The notes under the pieces: model-generated | The model's input: only the letters and a program-made list of their open reading frames with translations | Database searches by the model: none | What the model was told of the DNA's origin: nothing | Shown: positions 62,801-64,000 of the stretch, piece after piece | Layout of the letters: each line of letters begins with the position of its first letter | Position numbering within the stretch: position 1 is the first letter of the stretch | Made by a program: the position numbers and the translations under genes | Source: Orbicella franksi | Taxonomy: Eukaryota | Assembly: GCA_964199315.1 (NCBI GenBank) | Contig: OZ116700.1 | Location: 10,912,001-10,976,000, forward strand | Length of the DNA: 64,000 bases | Direction of reading: 5' to 3'

Positions 62801-63651
62801 GAAACAACTGACTTTTCTCTCAACCACTCAATTCCTAACCAGTTTGTAAACTATTATCATTACTGATTTTAACTGTCATCAGCCTCTCTACTGATGTCTA
62901 AATTATATTTGCTACCAGCATAATGTTATATAGACCCACAATATGCAGAGAGCTATTTAGGTACGACTCATTAATGCCAGCCAATTATCGTAAAATAATG
63001 GCTGAAAATTATTGTGCTACCTTAGGACAACACTGCTTTTTATCTTTAGTTAATAAAAATTGTACTCCTTTTTTTCCATCAGGAACATATTCATGATGTG
63101 AATGCTTATGTGAGAAGCAAAGCCCTTCAAATTTGGCTTGAACTTTGCAAACAAAAGGTAAAAACCGATATGCAACCGATATACCAGGGCTTGTCGACCG
63201 ATATGAGCTGCCAACCGTTGATTGTAAAATAACGGTCAAGGATTTGGCCAAGTGTCAACCAGCATACCAACCAAGTGCCGACCGACGGAGGCCACGGACG
63301 GTCTACCCAGCTGAAGCACTTGACGATCGAGACTTGACATGTCGGCAGAGTGTTAATTGACATGTCGATCAAGTATCGGCCGATATGTCAACTGACACTG
63401 GCGGAGAGTGTGTACTGTCGACCGATACTCGGGCGCCTAAAGCACACATAAATGTAAATAAAGTAAACTACCTACGAATATTTACACTGCTTTCTAATAA
63501 TGATTATATTCTTCAGGCCGTTCCTCTCTCTCGTCAGTCACATCTCCTAGAGCTGGCAATAAGTCGTCTTCAAGATAAATCCAGTATTGTACGCAAAAAT
63601 GCCATCCAGCTGTTGAAGACGTGTCTGATTTGTAATCCATTTGGAGCACAG
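56888..63651 (+). CDS. NCAPD2: Condensin I subunit CAP-D2, first 12 coding exons (437 codons; gene continues beyond the window): 56888-57002, 57082-57157, 58585-58643, 58933-59024, 59289-59375, 59691-59845, 60052-60173, 60780-60903, 61493-61640, 62642-62764, 63083-63157, 63517-63651
   Basis: All introns are GT-AG with consistent phases. Peptides FVIPLSRDDLL, VENFDCFFSLL, WEWDEQR...LWDPPIVEEEFV, GCCYKFLENP, KIVQLLQHFEHL, YSMRNGILG, HDVNAYVRSKALQ and RLQDKSSIVRKNAIQLL match CAP-D2. Confidence 0.96.
58000..58202. repeat. MITE-like element with 13-bp inverted ends and internal (TTAGGG)3
   Basis: CTCAGGGTTGTCA at 58000-58012 and its reverse complement at 58190-58202. GGGTTAGGGTTAGGGTTAG at 58062-58080. 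Confidence 0.5.
58255..58420 (-). mobile_element. Degenerate copy of the tRNA-derived SINE seen at 63740-64000
   Basis: Collinear similarity (GCATGAAGC..GGATGCTAGTCC..CAGGG.TACCCC..GCCGGTACC..GCTC.AACC.GGAC) with an internal deletion. Confidence 0.7.
59485..59590. repeat. Imperfect (GACT)n microsatellite in an NCAPD2 intron
   Basis: About 25 GACT/GACA units. Confidence 0.95.
62203..62411 (+). repeat. Dispersed ~205-bp repeat, copy 2
   Basis: Similar to 24491-24696; lies in an NCAPD2 intron. Confidence 0.85.
63168..63450. repeat. Intronic repeat built of (GT)CGACCGAT(A)-like subunits
   Basis: Repeated ACCGATA, GTCGACCGA and GACATGTCG motifs in both orientations. Confidence 0.45.
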
Positions 63652-63739
63652 GTCAGTTCATGCCAAAATGCTGGTTCCTTCCAAGAGATAATAATATTAT
63701 TATTGACAGGAAACCTTTCCCTTGTCAACAGAGGCTAAA

Positions 63740-64000
63740 GTCTGCATACAAGCTAAGTGGCCCATCAGGCCGGAGCTTATCCCGGTTTCAATAGCATGAA
63801 GCGACCTGGAGTATTTCTACTCCCCCTTGGATGGGATGCTAGTCCACCGCAGGGTTACCCCCCAGCATTAAATTCGCCGGTACCATTTATACACCTGGGT
63901 GAAGAGAGGCACTGTGAGAGTAAAGTGTCTTGCCCAAGAACATAGCACAATGTCTCCGGCCAGGGCTCGAACCCGGACCGCTCGATCCGGAGACGAGGGA
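63740..64000 (-). mobile_element. tRNA-derived SINE; the head runs off the right edge of the window
   Basis: Pol III B-box GGGTTCGAGCCC on - at 63974-63963. A second decayed copy lies at 58255-58420. Confidence 0.7.

Noticed and set aside
1407-63945. Most 60-130-aa ORFs in the track
   Set aside because: They are antisense or alternate-frame shadows of real exons, or chance ORFs in repeats and AT-rich intergenic DNA, many with non-ATG starts.

Overview
AT-rich, intron-containing animal genomic DNA; the repeat landscape suggests a cnidarian such as a stony coral (inference). No prokaryotic features, CRISPR arrays, rRNA or tRNA genes were seen. Left to right: (1) two tandem SYT14/16-like double-C2 genes on +, separated by nested DNA transposon remnants, including a 3.8-kb TIR element with a 7-bp TSD; (2) an internally deleted Harbinger element nested in a Tc2/pogo-like MITE; (3) an SLC7A14-like transporter on +; (4) a degenerate repeat-rich gene ending in a CRYLR motif, split by a full-length Tx1/L1-clade LINE with a 15-bp TSD and double poly(A) tail, whose ORF1 is itself interrupted by a SWIM-YqaJ nuclease gene fragment; (5) an intact 4-exon CRYLR-motif paralog with a Penelope-like palindrome and hammerhead core in an intron; (6) a cationic amino acid transporter (CAT, SLC7A1-4-like) locus on - with three alternative 5' coding cassettes but only one terminal exon, resembling a variable/constant exon array; (7) the first 12 coding exons of NCAPD2 on +, head-to-head with the CAT locus. 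All gene models were built by hand from splice sites and reading phase, and family names come from motif recall, not database searches.
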